Positions 39,852 to 50,100 of a stretch of DNA of 64,000 bases are shown here, piece by piece. The DNA is from a virus (lineage: Duplodnaviria > Caudoviricetes). The stretch's first letter is position 1, and the number at the start of each line of letters is the position of its first letter. The translations under genes were made by a program, and so were the position numbers. The stretch covers positions 32,001 through 96,000 of the IMG/VR virus record IMGVR_UViG_2529292751_000006; one strand, written 5' to 3'. Under the pieces are notes generated by a model. It saw only the letters and a list, made by a program, of their open reading frames with translations. It made no database searches and had not been told where the DNA came from.

Positions 39852-40208
39852 CTAATTCTCGCTTTCGATTTTATTGTTAGACTGTAATAAATCGTGTACG
39901 TCTTTCAGCTCATCTTTCAAATACGGGTTTGCTTTCATATCGGTATGCTTTTGAATGTTTTGTGTAAAAACATGCACACTTGGAGCAAACACCATAAGCG
40001 CTTGCTTTTTTCTACTAAAACGAAACCCTAATCCGTAATCAGCATACCCTTCTAAATCCCCATTTTCTCTAGCTAATAGACCAGCACCACTAATAGAGTT
40101 AATTACACCCATATCATTTTCTTTTGCCTCTGTTGCTGTTTCCGTGAGAAAATCAATATCTTCTGTTGCTCTTAGATCTAAATCTGTTAGCTTTTGTTTC
40201 CAACTCAC
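39852..40208 (-). CDS. Small baseplate/spike-associated protein
   Basis: Translationally coupled (4-nt overlap) to the OB-fold gene; beta-strand-like GAGLLARENGDLEGY. Confidence 0.6.
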   Translation of the reverse strand: MSWKQKLTDLDLRATEDIDFLTETATEAKENDMGVINSISGAGLLARENGDLEGYADYGLGFRFSRKKQALMVFAPSVHVFTQNIQKHTDMKANPYLKDELKDVHDLLQSNNKIESEN

Positions 40209-40660
40209 ATTAAACCTCCTCCTGGTAATAAGTCATCAAAAAAGCCAGCAACACGTATTTTTAAATTGTTCCAAAATAGTTCTAATTGGTCTGGCTCTCT
40301 ATAATACGCTGTAGCTATTGGCATACTAGGATCACCATTAATAAATTGAATCCATACTCGGTCGTTCTTTACAAATCCTTTATCAATAACCCCTTGTGAA
40401 TAAACAAAACAAGGGACAGCACACAGGCGTTGAACCTTATTTCCCTGTAAGACATCTACATCTACTGTATGTCGCTCCCATATTTCTATTTTTCCACCTT
40501 TATGTCTACTGCAATTACAAATACCTCCTTCTGTTTTAGTGCCTGTATTAGGATGATAATCACTTACTTTCCCTATAAGACCATAAGAGCGTCGTTCTGA
40601 CGCTCTATCTGCTCCTTCATCTTGTAAATCTTTTCTTATTTGGTTTGTTTCTACACCCAC
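40205..40660 (-). CDS. Baseplate spike gp5/gpV-like OB-fold protein
   Basis: IGKVSDY...TVDVDV...VPC...DRVWIQFINGDPSMPIA fits the gp5/gpV OB motif (D.V.V.F..GD...P.I); GTG start with SD AAGGGGG. Confidence 0.7.
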   Translation of the reverse strand: MGVETNQIRKDLQDEGADRASERRSYGLIGKVSDYHPNTGTKTEGGICNCSRHKGGKIEIWERHTVDVDVLQGNKVQRLCAVPCFVYSQGVIDKGFVKNDRVWIQFINGDPSMPIATAYYREPDQLELFWNNLKIRVAGFFDDLLPGGGLM

Positions 40661-40675
40661 AAGAAATTCCCCCTT

Positions 40676-43600
40676 TTACTTTTTGCACAGTGGATATGAA
40701 CAATGTAAATGATTCCAGTGTCCTTTCGGATCGTATTGCATTGCACTTTCTCCATATTTACCATTCATTTCTTGAATAATATCCCAATCACCAAACACTA
40801 ATCCTCTAAATCCAGCCTTTAAGCAACACTCTGCAAGCTTTCTAGCCTTTTCTTTATCAGTTCCATTTGGAAACCTCATTTTCCCATTAATAACTTTCAT
40901 TGTGTTTGGCGTATCAAGATCAGCAGCCCAACCAGTGCCGTGCCATTGATTATCACCCGGTCGCCATCCACTTGTGATATTAAAGCTATCTCCAGTAGCA
41001 GCTTTGTATAATTTAGCAACTTCGATAAGCAATTCACCTGTTGCTTTACGAACTTTACTTGTACCACCACCGCCTACAATTGTTAAGCCAAAATTACGCC
41101 CAGATAAATTATGTAAGTCAATGACATCTGGAGCACCACCACTTCCTAAGTGATATTTACTCTTTCCTTCTTTCCCTGTAACTAATGGACATGAACTTGC
41201 GCCACCAGATCCTTCACCAACAGCTCCACCACCTTTACATGCACCAGCAGGTAAATTGCCATCATAGTAACGTAAAACTCGTTCTACGTATTTCGAATCA
41301 CCATATCCTGGTGGAATTCTTGAGATTCTACCAACTTTTTTAACCATAGATTCTGAGAAGCTATAGGCTAATTCATACGTATATTTCCCACCTCGGCTTA
41401 TACAGTAATCAATAAATCCGCCGCCAAAATTGTATGATTGTAGAACAAGCTTAATGTCGCCTTTTGCTCTAGCTAACTGATTCTTGAAATGCGTTACACC
41501 TTGCTTGATACTTGCATCTACATTTTTTATATATCCAATTGGTTTACCCATGGACTCAGAAGACTGCATAACGTCAGGAAGCTTATGATAGTTTCCTCCT
41601 GATTCTTGCATTGTTAATGCTTTTAGTATTTCAGCGTATGATCCAATTCCTTGTACTTTTGCTTCAGCTTCAATTTTAGGGCCGATTACATCAAAGTATT
41701 TCGAAAGACCTTTTGCTTTGCCATCTGTCGGCACATCCCCTTCAGGAATACAAGTACCATCATCTTTGTTGCCAAAGAAGGATGTAACTTTGTCCCACAG
41801 ATCTTTAAACCAACCGGTAATTTTGTTTTTTATTTTATTCTTCCAATCTTCCCAAGTTGTTTTTTCTTCTTCATATGTTGCTTTGGTTTCTCTTTTCCCT
41901 AATAATTCTAATCTCTTATTGATTTGCTCTAAAGCTGCTTTACGATCTTTATCATAAAGCTCAGTAAGTTTTTCAAAAGCAGGTACTTGTTTTCTAAATG
42001 TATTATAAAAGCTACTTGCCATTTTGTTTAGATCAATAGGCTGTTCTGTAGGGCCATCTGATTTCATGCCCATTTGATCTTGAAGGTCATCATTTCTAAA
42101 TTGCCAAGCATCCACACCAATAAACCCTAGAAGGAATGCAGAAACATCATTTGTCATAAGCTGTTTCCAAATGTCAGGCGCATCTCCAATGACAGAACCC
42201 TTGTGTCCATTTATACCTGCTGTATACTCTAATCCGCTTTTATGCAGTGGGGATATTAAACATGCTTGTCTCATGAATAGCCATCTTTCAATAAATTCCC
42301 CTATTGTTGAAGAAATAATATGGACTCCTAATGCCTCTATAGCTAATCCTAACCAACCGACTGGGCCCGCCATTATGTGAGCACCTGTCCAAAGAGCAGT
42401 TACAACACCACGTCCACCCTTTAATACTTTACCTATAGACTTAGAACCTTTCGCAATCAGAGTGCTTCCTTTAGCTTTCATCTTTACATTTTTAAAACTA
42501 TTATAGCCAAACTCTTTAGAATTCTGGAATATATTCTTTAGATTGTTTGAACCTTCTTCTCCTGTTAACTTAGCAAGTTGTTCAAGCAATCCATTCTTAG
42601 ACCACCTTGCAATATCTTTGGAAGATACACCACCTTTTCTTAACTCATCGGCGGCGGCTATTTCTTTTCCATTTGGAGCCTTACCACCAGTTACTCGGTC
42701 TTGAAATTTTTGACCTAGTTTGCTCGTATTAAATCGCTCTTTCATCTTATCAAAACGATTTTTTGTAGAGGACCATAGAGCATTCATAATTGGTAAATGT
42801 CCTGCGTATTTAGAAGTTCTTAGTTTTTTGCGTAATGTATGTGCAATCAATGCGCTTCCTGCCAGTGCTTGTGCGCTTGCAAGCAATGTCATGGCACGGC
42901 GGTCTGTATTTACAACTACGACATCTGGCTTAATTAAAGTAATATAGCCTTGTTCATGATTCATAATTTGAGTCACTTCTTTTATTTCTGCTGGTCCAGC
43001 CATAGAATTAAACTCATCGTTAATCCACATTTGATCAAATGGCTTTACAGACGGATCGCCCATAACAGTTAAATAACCATCATACATATCTTTTACATAA
43101 TCTCTTAAACCTGCTGCTGTTATTTTTATAGCAACACCTTCATCGTAATACCACTTCGGAAGTTTATTTAACAATCCACCAATTAGAGGGATGTTTTGTA
43201 CCATGCGAATACCTTGTGCATTCATTGTAGTATCAATGTTTACAACTCTTTGTTTTTCAGGCCAAATATTTGTATCTACAAATACTGGAGAAGTAGTATC
43301 CATTTCCCCTTCATTCATATATACACCAACAGCTACGGTATACATATTGTCTTCAGTAGTTTCTATTGAATTATCAATAATACTTGTTGCACTATCATAA
43401 ACATGAAATTGTCTAAATGGTTTTAAGGCAGTTCCTTTTACTTCCTCACCATCAACAGTATAATCATAATGCAATGGGAAGTATGGTTTTCCTGAAAATA
43501 TAGTATTTCTAAAGCCAAATGGGTGAACCGCAACAATATGATCATCACCGACAGCTGCGCATATATTTAATACATCCCATACGGTCTTATCGAATAAGCC

Positions 43601-46600
43601 AATATTAATACCTGGCTCATCTGCTTGCCCGATGCCAAACGCATCCTTAATTTTATTCCACCAGCCATCATGTTCTTCATTTGTTAATCCAGTAGTTTGA
43701 TAGATATTCATATTGATTTCACCAACTGTTCGGCTATCTTTTCCAAACGTTGCTCCACCAATAAATCCACCGGCGACACCTCCAATAGCTGCGCCAATTG
43801 GTCCCCCAATTAGAAATCCTCCAGAAGCTCCTACTGCTGCTCCGCCAAAGAATCCTCCGAGTTCACCCCATCCTTGCGGAGCTTGCTGATGTCCAAAATG
43901 CATAATACCTAAACTATGATTTTGAAATTCATCATTAGATAAACCTGCCCAAAGGTTAGCAAAAAATCCTTTTGAATCAGTTAATAACTCATCTACAATT
44001 TCTGTTGGCTCTTGCTTAGAAAATAAAAATCCGCCTTCAGTGGTTTCATTCACATCTGCTCTAATTTTATTTGTTAATTCAATACCATCATCTTGCGCAA
44101 TCACTGTAATAGAAACCCCATTATTTTGAATAGAAGTTATTGTTCCATTCATAATCGTAGGCATACTCATAGGGTTTGAACCATATCCCATTCTGAAATG
44201 AATACGTGTACCTGTGCGTAGCATAATACTTTTATAATAATTTGCATTCCTATGACGAGAACGCTCTGCTTCTTTCGCTACAGCACCAGGCATAGTTAGC
44301 ATTTTAAAGACTTCACCCATACCGGTGTTTGTTAAATCCATTGCTTTTTCAGAATCATCTAACGTACCGTATATATTGCACATCTCTATCGCTAATGTAC
44401 TAGAAGCTTCTTTTCTACTGTTTGTATAAGTAATATCCATAACAGCTTGATAGTTAAAGAACTGATCTGACATTTTAACAGACCCCATATATTTCCCTTC
44501 ATCAATAAATGTAAGGAAGAATGTAGGAAATGCTCTTACTAACCTTCCACGCATATCATATTTCACCATGTCGTGTAACATGCCTGTATGTATTCGGTTA
44601 TCGTCTTTGAAGTCACTTTCTTTCATGTTTTGTTCTGGTTTTTTTGCATTTGGACCTGTGGTTTTAAAATCTTTCACAGGCAAGCCTTTTGTTTTTTCTT
44701 TAATTGTTTGATCAGACCATTCTTGATTATTAGAAGATGAATTCAACACTTTATTAATAATATCGATAACTTCTCTAGGTGGTCGTTTATTATCTTTTAA
44801 TAAATCAACATATTCTCGATCATAACCAAGATATAACATAATCACTCCAGCAAAGCGTACCTTTTGTTGGTCCCAACCATTATTGGCATTCAATCCAAAG
44901 CAAGCATATACATTTTCTTCGTTATACACTTTCTTATCACTGGCATTTGACTTGGCAAGCATTTGATTTAGTTCAGTGTAATATTGAGACATCTTACGTA
45001 CACCTTGTTCAACATTATATTCAATATTTTTACCAAGTAAATTTACATTAGAACCATACATCTTTCTGACTTTCATTATCCCAATGTATTCTCCATCTAT
45101 AGAGCCATCGTTATTTACATAGTATTTAAAGTTTTTATTCATCATAGTAGGAGAACTTGTTTTGCTATTTACTACTTTATCTTGCTTTGTATTTGTTCCT
45201 ACATCATAGAATTGTTTTAATTCAGAATCTAGAGCCTTAGCAAATGCAACTGTAAAGTTTTGATTAATATTAAACTGTTGTGATTTTTCCCTAATAAGAG
45301 CTTCTGCTTGAGCTACAGAAAGTTTACTTTTATCAACAAGTTCTTCTGGAATAGCGCTATAACTAACTTTATTCTTACCTACTGCATCTTCATATTCTTT
45401 CCTGCTATTCTTTAACTCTTCAGATGTAATGTCATTTACTTTCTCAATATTACCACCATTAATGCTTGCTTCTCCGCCTTTACCATCCCTTAATACTGTT
45501 TGATAATTTTGTTGTGCTGCATTAACCAAGTCCTCAAAGAATAACGTCCCTTTTTTATATGTAATAAAAAAGTCAGGATCTACAAACACACCGTTATTAT
45601 AATTTTCTACTTTAAAGCCAGCTTCTTCAACTTCTCCATAAGTAGGGAGCTCTAAATCAGGATATACTTCAGCTGCTGCAAAGAACTTACGTACAGCTTC
45701 TTCATAAACAGCTTGCTTTTCTGCATCCGCTTGAACGTTAGAACCTCCAAGGAATGATTTCAGTCCAGTCCATGCTTCTTTTGCTGCGGGTCGATCAGCA
45801 ACGAATTGAGCCCATCTATTTAGTGGATTATCACCTATTCCATCCTCAAACATAGTAGCTGGGTTTAAGCTTGTCAGAAGACTCAAGATCCCTTGGTTTT
45901 CATATTGATTTATATCCCACTTTGCAGTTTCAGATAACCACTTCACTTCATTCATTTTACGTTCTGCTCGATTGTATGCAATCATTGTCAAAGTGACCTC
46001 AAATACACCTGGCATTCCTTGCACAGTATTTGTTTGCATGTCTTCGATTGTTATATTTTTTATGCCAAATAATCTTGCGAGTTGACTATCAAACTCAAGG
46101 AAACCATTTGCCATTTCTTTGTGATATGTGCGAATCAGATAAGATGATCTTCTTATTAACGATTCTAAGCTTGCAATAGATTCCATGTCATGAGTAGTAA
46201 ACCTTGCCATGATTATTGTATCTTGAGAACCCATATACTGATGGGTAGGAGATTCATCATGTTGTAATTGAGCGGCAGTAATTGTGTTTTCAAACCCTAT
46301 AGATAAATCTGTTAGCGTTAAATTGGGTATATCCCATTCTTCATAGCCTACATCATATTCAAACATAGCTTTTTCATAAGTAGCATCTAAATCTTTATTG
46401 AATTGCTCCTCTAGCCCCTCTGCACCCCAAAAATCTTCTTTCTTTCCTTCGATATATTTCTTAATCATCTTTTTCTTATCAGAATTCCACTTTTTCATAT
46501 AAACCAAATCATCTTCAGCAGCTATTCTAAATTTAAAATTATTATCTAGCTCTTTATATAATGGCTCATAATAAGAGCGGAATGATTTTGCATTCTGAGG

Positions 46601-47095
46601 ATTTAGGTTTCTTTGATAATGCCATCTAAATAATGGCCAATCAAACATCTCATCGTATGTTCTATCCTCATCATCCGCAATATATGAATAAGGCTCAAAT
46701 GAATATAATTGTATTTGAGCTTGTAAAGTTTGCGGGAATCCTGGTGTTGTTTGAACTGTTACTCCAGATACAGTAACAGCATCAATCTTATGAATATCGT
46801 TTAAGTAAGTATTCTCTATCGGTAAAAATGGACACTTTTTTATTTGAGACAGTAAAGGTCTAAGCTCTTCATTCATATTATCTTTATCAGGGAAAAACAG
46901 AGTGACTTCAATCACTCTGTCAAAATACCCCGATTCTTTAGGTAAGCTATTTCTAGCACGTAGAATCTTTACACGTTCATTCTTCATTTGACGATGTATA
47001 CTAATTGCGGTAGGTGGTACAAAGAATGCTGTATCCCCTATACGCAAATGATGTTCAAGTAAGCTCCCATAAGGAGTTCTCTGCGCAACTGGCAT
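40676..47095 (-). CDS. Baseplate hub (gp27/gpD-like) and tail-associated lysin fusion with CwlT-like lysozyme and C-terminal M15-type Zn peptidase
   Basis: Hub motifs GTRIHFRMGYG...NGTIT...IAQDDG and MGDPSVKPFD...IKEVTQ...GYIT. Lysozyme-like ALTMQESGG...DVMQSSES...QSYNFGGGFI...YGDSKYVERVLRYY. M15 ITSGWR...WHGTGWAADL...HWNHLH. Confidence 0.85.
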   Translation of the reverse strand: MPVAQRTPYGSLLEHHLRIGDTAFFVPPTAISIHRQMKNERVKILRARNSLPKESGYFDRVIEVTLFFPDKDNMNEELRPLLSQIKKCPFLPIENTYLNDIHKIDAVTVSGVTVQTTPGFPQTLQAQIQLYSFEPYSYIADDEDRTYDEMFDWPLFRWHYQRNLNPQNAKSFRSYYEPLYKELDNNFKFRIAAEDDLVYMKKWNSDKKKMIKKYIEGKKEDFWGAEGLEEQFNKDLDATYEKAMFEYDVGYEEWDIPNLTLTDLSIGFENTITAAQLQHDESPTHQYMGSQDTIIMARFTTHDMESIASLESLIRRSSYLIRTYHKEMANGFLEFDSQLARLFGIKNITIEDMQTNTVQGMPGVFEVTLTMIAYNRAERKMNEVKWLSETAKWDINQYENQGILSLLTSLNPATMFEDGIGDNPLNRWAQFVADRPAAKEAWTGLKSFLGGSNVQADAEKQAVYEEAVRKFFAAAEVYPDLELPTYGEVEEAGFKVENYNNGVFVDPDFFITYKKGTLFFEDLVNAAQQNYQTVLRDGKGGEASINGGNIEKVNDITSEELKNSRKEYEDAVGKNKVSYSAIPEELVDKSKLSVAQAEALIREKSQQFNINQNFTVAFAKALDSELKQFYDVGTNTKQDKVVNSKTSSPTMMNKNFKYYVNNDGSIDGEYIGIMKVRKMYGSNVNLLGKNIEYNVEQGVRKMSQYYTELNQMLAKSNASDKKVYNEENVYACFGLNANNGWDQQKVRFAGVIMLYLGYDREYVDLLKDNKRPPREVIDIINKVLNSSSNNQEWSDQTIKEKTKGLPVKDFKTTGPNAKKPEQNMKESDFKDDNRIHTGMLHDMVKYDMRGRLVRAFPTFFLTFIDEGKYMGSVKMSDQFFNYQAVMDITYTNSRKEASSTLAIEMCNIYGTLDDSEKAMDLTNTGMGEVFKMLTMPGAVAKEAERSRHRNANYYKSIMLRTGTRIHFRMGYGSNPMSMPTIMNGTITSIQNNGVSITVIAQDDGIELTNKIRADVNETTEGGFLFSKQEPTEIVDELLTDSKGFFANLWAGLSNDEFQNHSLGIMHFGHQQAPQGWGELGGFFGGAAVGASGGFLIGGPIGAAIGGVAGGFIGGATFGKDSRTVGEINMNIYQTTGLTNEEHDGWWNKIKDAFGIGQADEPGINIGLFDKTVWDVLNICAAVGDDHIVAVHPFGFRNTIFSGKPYFPLHYDYTVDGEEVKGTALKPFRQFHVYDSATSIIDNSIETTEDNMYTVAVGVYMNEGEMDTTSPVFVDTNIWPEKQRVVNIDTTMNAQGIRMVQNIPLIGGLLNKLPKWYYDEGVAIKITAAGLRDYVKDMYDGYLTVMGDPSVKPFDQMWINDEFNSMAGPAEIKEVTQIMNHEQGYITLIKPDVVVVNTDRRAMTLLASAQALAGSALIAHTLRKKLRTSKYAGHLPIMNALWSSTKNRFDKMKERFNTSKLGQKFQDRVTGGKAPNGKEIAAADELRKGGVSSKDIARWSKNGLLEQLAKLTGEEGSNNLKNIFQNSKEFGYNSFKNVKMKAKGSTLIAKGSKSIGKVLKGGRGVVTALWTGAHIMAGPVGWLGLAIEALGVHIISSTIGEFIERWLFMRQACLISPLHKSGLEYTAGINGHKGSVIGDAPDIWKQLMTNDVSAFLLGFIGVDAWQFRNDDLQDQMGMKSDGPTEQPIDLNKMASSFYNTFRKQVPAFEKLTELYDKDRKAALEQINKRLELLGKRETKATYEEEKTTWEDWKNKIKNKITGWFKDLWDKVTSFFGNKDDGTCIPEGDVPTDGKAKGLSKYFDVIGPKIEAEAKVQGIGSYAEILKALTMQESGGNYHKLPDVMQSSESMGKPIGYIKNVDASIKQGVTHFKNQLARAKGDIKLVLQSYNFGGGFIDYCISRGGKYTYELAYSFSESMVKKVGRISRIPPGYGDSKYVERVLRYYDGNLPAGACKGGGAVGEGSGGASSCPLVTGKEGKSKYHLGSGGAPDVIDLHNLSGRNFGLTIVGGGGTSKVRKATGELLIEVAKLYKAATGDSFNITSGWRPGDNQWHGTGWAADLDTPNTMKVINGKMRFPNGTDKEKARKLAECCLKAGFRGLVFGDWDIIQEMNGKYGESAMQYDPKGHWNHLHCSYPLCKK

Positions 47096-47106
47096 AATCG
47101 TTCCTC

Positions 47107-50100
47107 CTAAACATTTTGTTGTACTTTATCTCTATACCAAATACGATTTAATTTTTGTGTATTATCATTATGATTCACTGTGATTCGTGTTGGTCCAGCG
47201 CTCATGCCTGTGTCCCTCATGCCTTGTGCAACCATATGAGACATTTGTTCTTTGTCCATGTTATTTCCGGATGCTTGAATACTAATAGATGCATTTTGAC
47301 TTGAATAACTGTCATTTGGCATTGCTATTGCTGGCACAGGTTCCTGTTTTCTTGATCCAGAATCTTTTACCTTTGAATCATCGTAATGCATTACAGGTTT
47401 TTCGCTACTAAGAATATTGTACGATGTTATGCCACCTAGAGCAAGTGCACCGCCCATGAACATTGCCTTTTTGGGACTCATGTTTTTTACTTTATCTAGT
47501 AAGCCACTAGCCTTCTCAGAAGCTTGTGTTACAGCACCTGAAACCCCTTCACTAGCTGCGTTTCGCATCTTATTGACAAAGGATTTCTTATTTTCATTTC
47601 TTTGTTGCATTGGAGTTCGATTTAACTCTGAAACATCTGTCATACCTGCTTGAGCACCATCTGGTAGTTCTATATTTTGATGCTTATAAAACATACCAAG
47701 CCCAGAATTAGAAGTAATCAATTCATCGGATGCTACATTGCCATGCATAATATCTAAAAGCTTTTGAATACCCATATCAGAAGATAAACCTGTACTAGTA
47801 CCTAATTTAAATCCATCAGATCGCAATCCTTTTTTCAGATTATTTAAAGCCATTGGAAGTTCTTCTGACACTTCATTTAAAAAGAAATCTTTGGCGAATT
47901 TGCCATCAAAGTAATCCTGATCAATGGATTTCGCTAAATTCCAGTTACTATTATAAATTGCATCTATCATTTCTAGTCCAGCTGGCTTTGCTCCGTGCTT
48001 TGCATCAATTAACTTTTGCTCTAAGCCACGACCAAATTCTTTTATCTTTTCATTAGCAGGTACATTATGACTAAACTCTTGATCTGCAACCTGTCGAAGG
48101 AATAAGTTTAAGTTAGATGCTCGTCCGATTGTCATTTTACCAATCTTGGAAGCTGTTTCTTCAGATGTATTAACAAGAGGCTTTCCAATATGCCCTGTGC
48201 CATCATCAGCTACACTTTGTAAACTCGGGCCGCTATATCGTCGCTCAGACAATGGATCATTAAGTCTTTCTCTTTCAGATACTAGTCTTTCGTTTTCTTT
48301 TCTTTCATGCTCACTCCATCTTCTTTCAAATTCAGTTTCTACCCGATTATGCGCCTGTTCCCATTCTTTTTGTACAGCTTTATCATCTATAACTGCAATA
48401 TGAGAATAGTCACCATCAGAGTCTGCATTCTGTAGCATAGAAGAAAATGAGGTTGTATGAATTTCACCAGGTTTTACATCATCACTCATAATTAGTTTTG
48501 TAAATTGCATAGCTCCATCATGGAATGTTGGATAACGAACGTTAGCAGTATACATATGCTTACCTGCTTCTAACCTTTCTTCTAATCCCATTCTTTGAGC
48601 CATGTCTTTTGAAATTGCAGTATATTGCCCTTCGCCATAGGTTTCTTGCAATTTCATTGTTGTATTTAAATCCATTAATTTAAACAAACCAGATGCAGAA
48701 GTGCTCATATTTGCTTTATACACTCCATCAAATAACATACCTTTGGAGGAAGTTAATTCTTTAAAAGAATGATCTACATATCGACTTACTGCCCCTTGTA
48801 GTTGACCATGAAATTGTTTCGCTTCTTCTATTGATGTAGCTTTTGTAACAGCATCCGCTTTTTTATAAATATTTGCGATATGATTTTGTAATTCTCGCAA
48901 ATGCACATCACCATTAGTAGCATCTAGATTTGTAAACGGAATAAATATCTTATCAATCTCTTTAGGTGTATTTTTACCATTAAGGTTAACCGTGATTTTC
49001 TGATTTTGACCATCATTACGCTTAACAGAAGGAAGCTCTAGCCAATATCCATGTTTATTTTTCAGTTCTGGACTTCCATATTTTTCAGCTAAACTTTCTA
49101 CTTTATTTTGACTAAATACCGTACCTCCATATAAAGCTTTATCTTTATATTGTTCTGGTAAGGAGTCAAATTCATTTGCTGATATCCCTTTGAATGATAG
49201 TTGGTCTTCTTTTCCAAGCTGACCTAAAGAGTGAATTAAATTTTGGGATTCAGTTAATTTACCTTCATTTTTCATCATCTCTTGATAGACATGCTCAAAT
49301 GTTTTTTCCATCCCTCGACCTTTTAAAACGCCCATTTCTCGATGGCCCCACTTAACACCATCATATGAACCGTGAATCGGTTGATTATGTTCATCAAATC
49401 CTAATACTGCTCTGCCAGAAGAATCTGTAGCTTTGCTGTAGTTCTCTACTTTTGACATGATTCCTTCTAAAATACCAATTCGAACACCTTCACGATTATG
49501 TAATCCGTATCGATTATTCTGCATACTAGTTACATTTTCAACATTAAATCCTTTTGATTGTAAATCTGAAAAGACCTTCTCAAAAGCATTTGTTTCTATT
49601 TTTGAATTTGAGCTATTATCAATAAATGCATTAATTCGGTCATCCCAAGCAAGACCGATATTTCCACTTTCAATAATATTGATTGCATTTTTTCGTTGGT
49701 TATTTTTCTTCATACCACCAACGTAATCTGATAATATTCGTGCTTCCCCTGACATCAACATACCAAAGTCCTTATGTTTTGCGACATCTGGATTAACAAT
49801 TGCTACAATATCTTTAGCACCTGCTACAGCTTCAATAAGTCTTCTATCCGCATTTGTGTCGGTCATCTTTTCCCCAGATAACATAAGTTTAAAAGCATTT
49901 GTCTTATGCTGAAGAATAATATCTTTATTACCTTGAATTCCATCAACAATCTTAGTATCATGAGTCCCTTCATAGCGAATAGCTTCTCTGTATCCATTGT
50001 CATGTATGCGATAACCTAATGTATCCCCAGGCTTTACTGTTTGATTTAACTCAGCACCTTGAAAATCCTCATGCCATTCAAATTGCTTACCTTTTTCAAA

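Noticed and set aside
40676-41700. Conjugation (T4SS) locus suggested by the CwlT-like domain
   Set aside because: No VirB4, coupling protein or relaxase motifs in the window; the context is baseplate genes.
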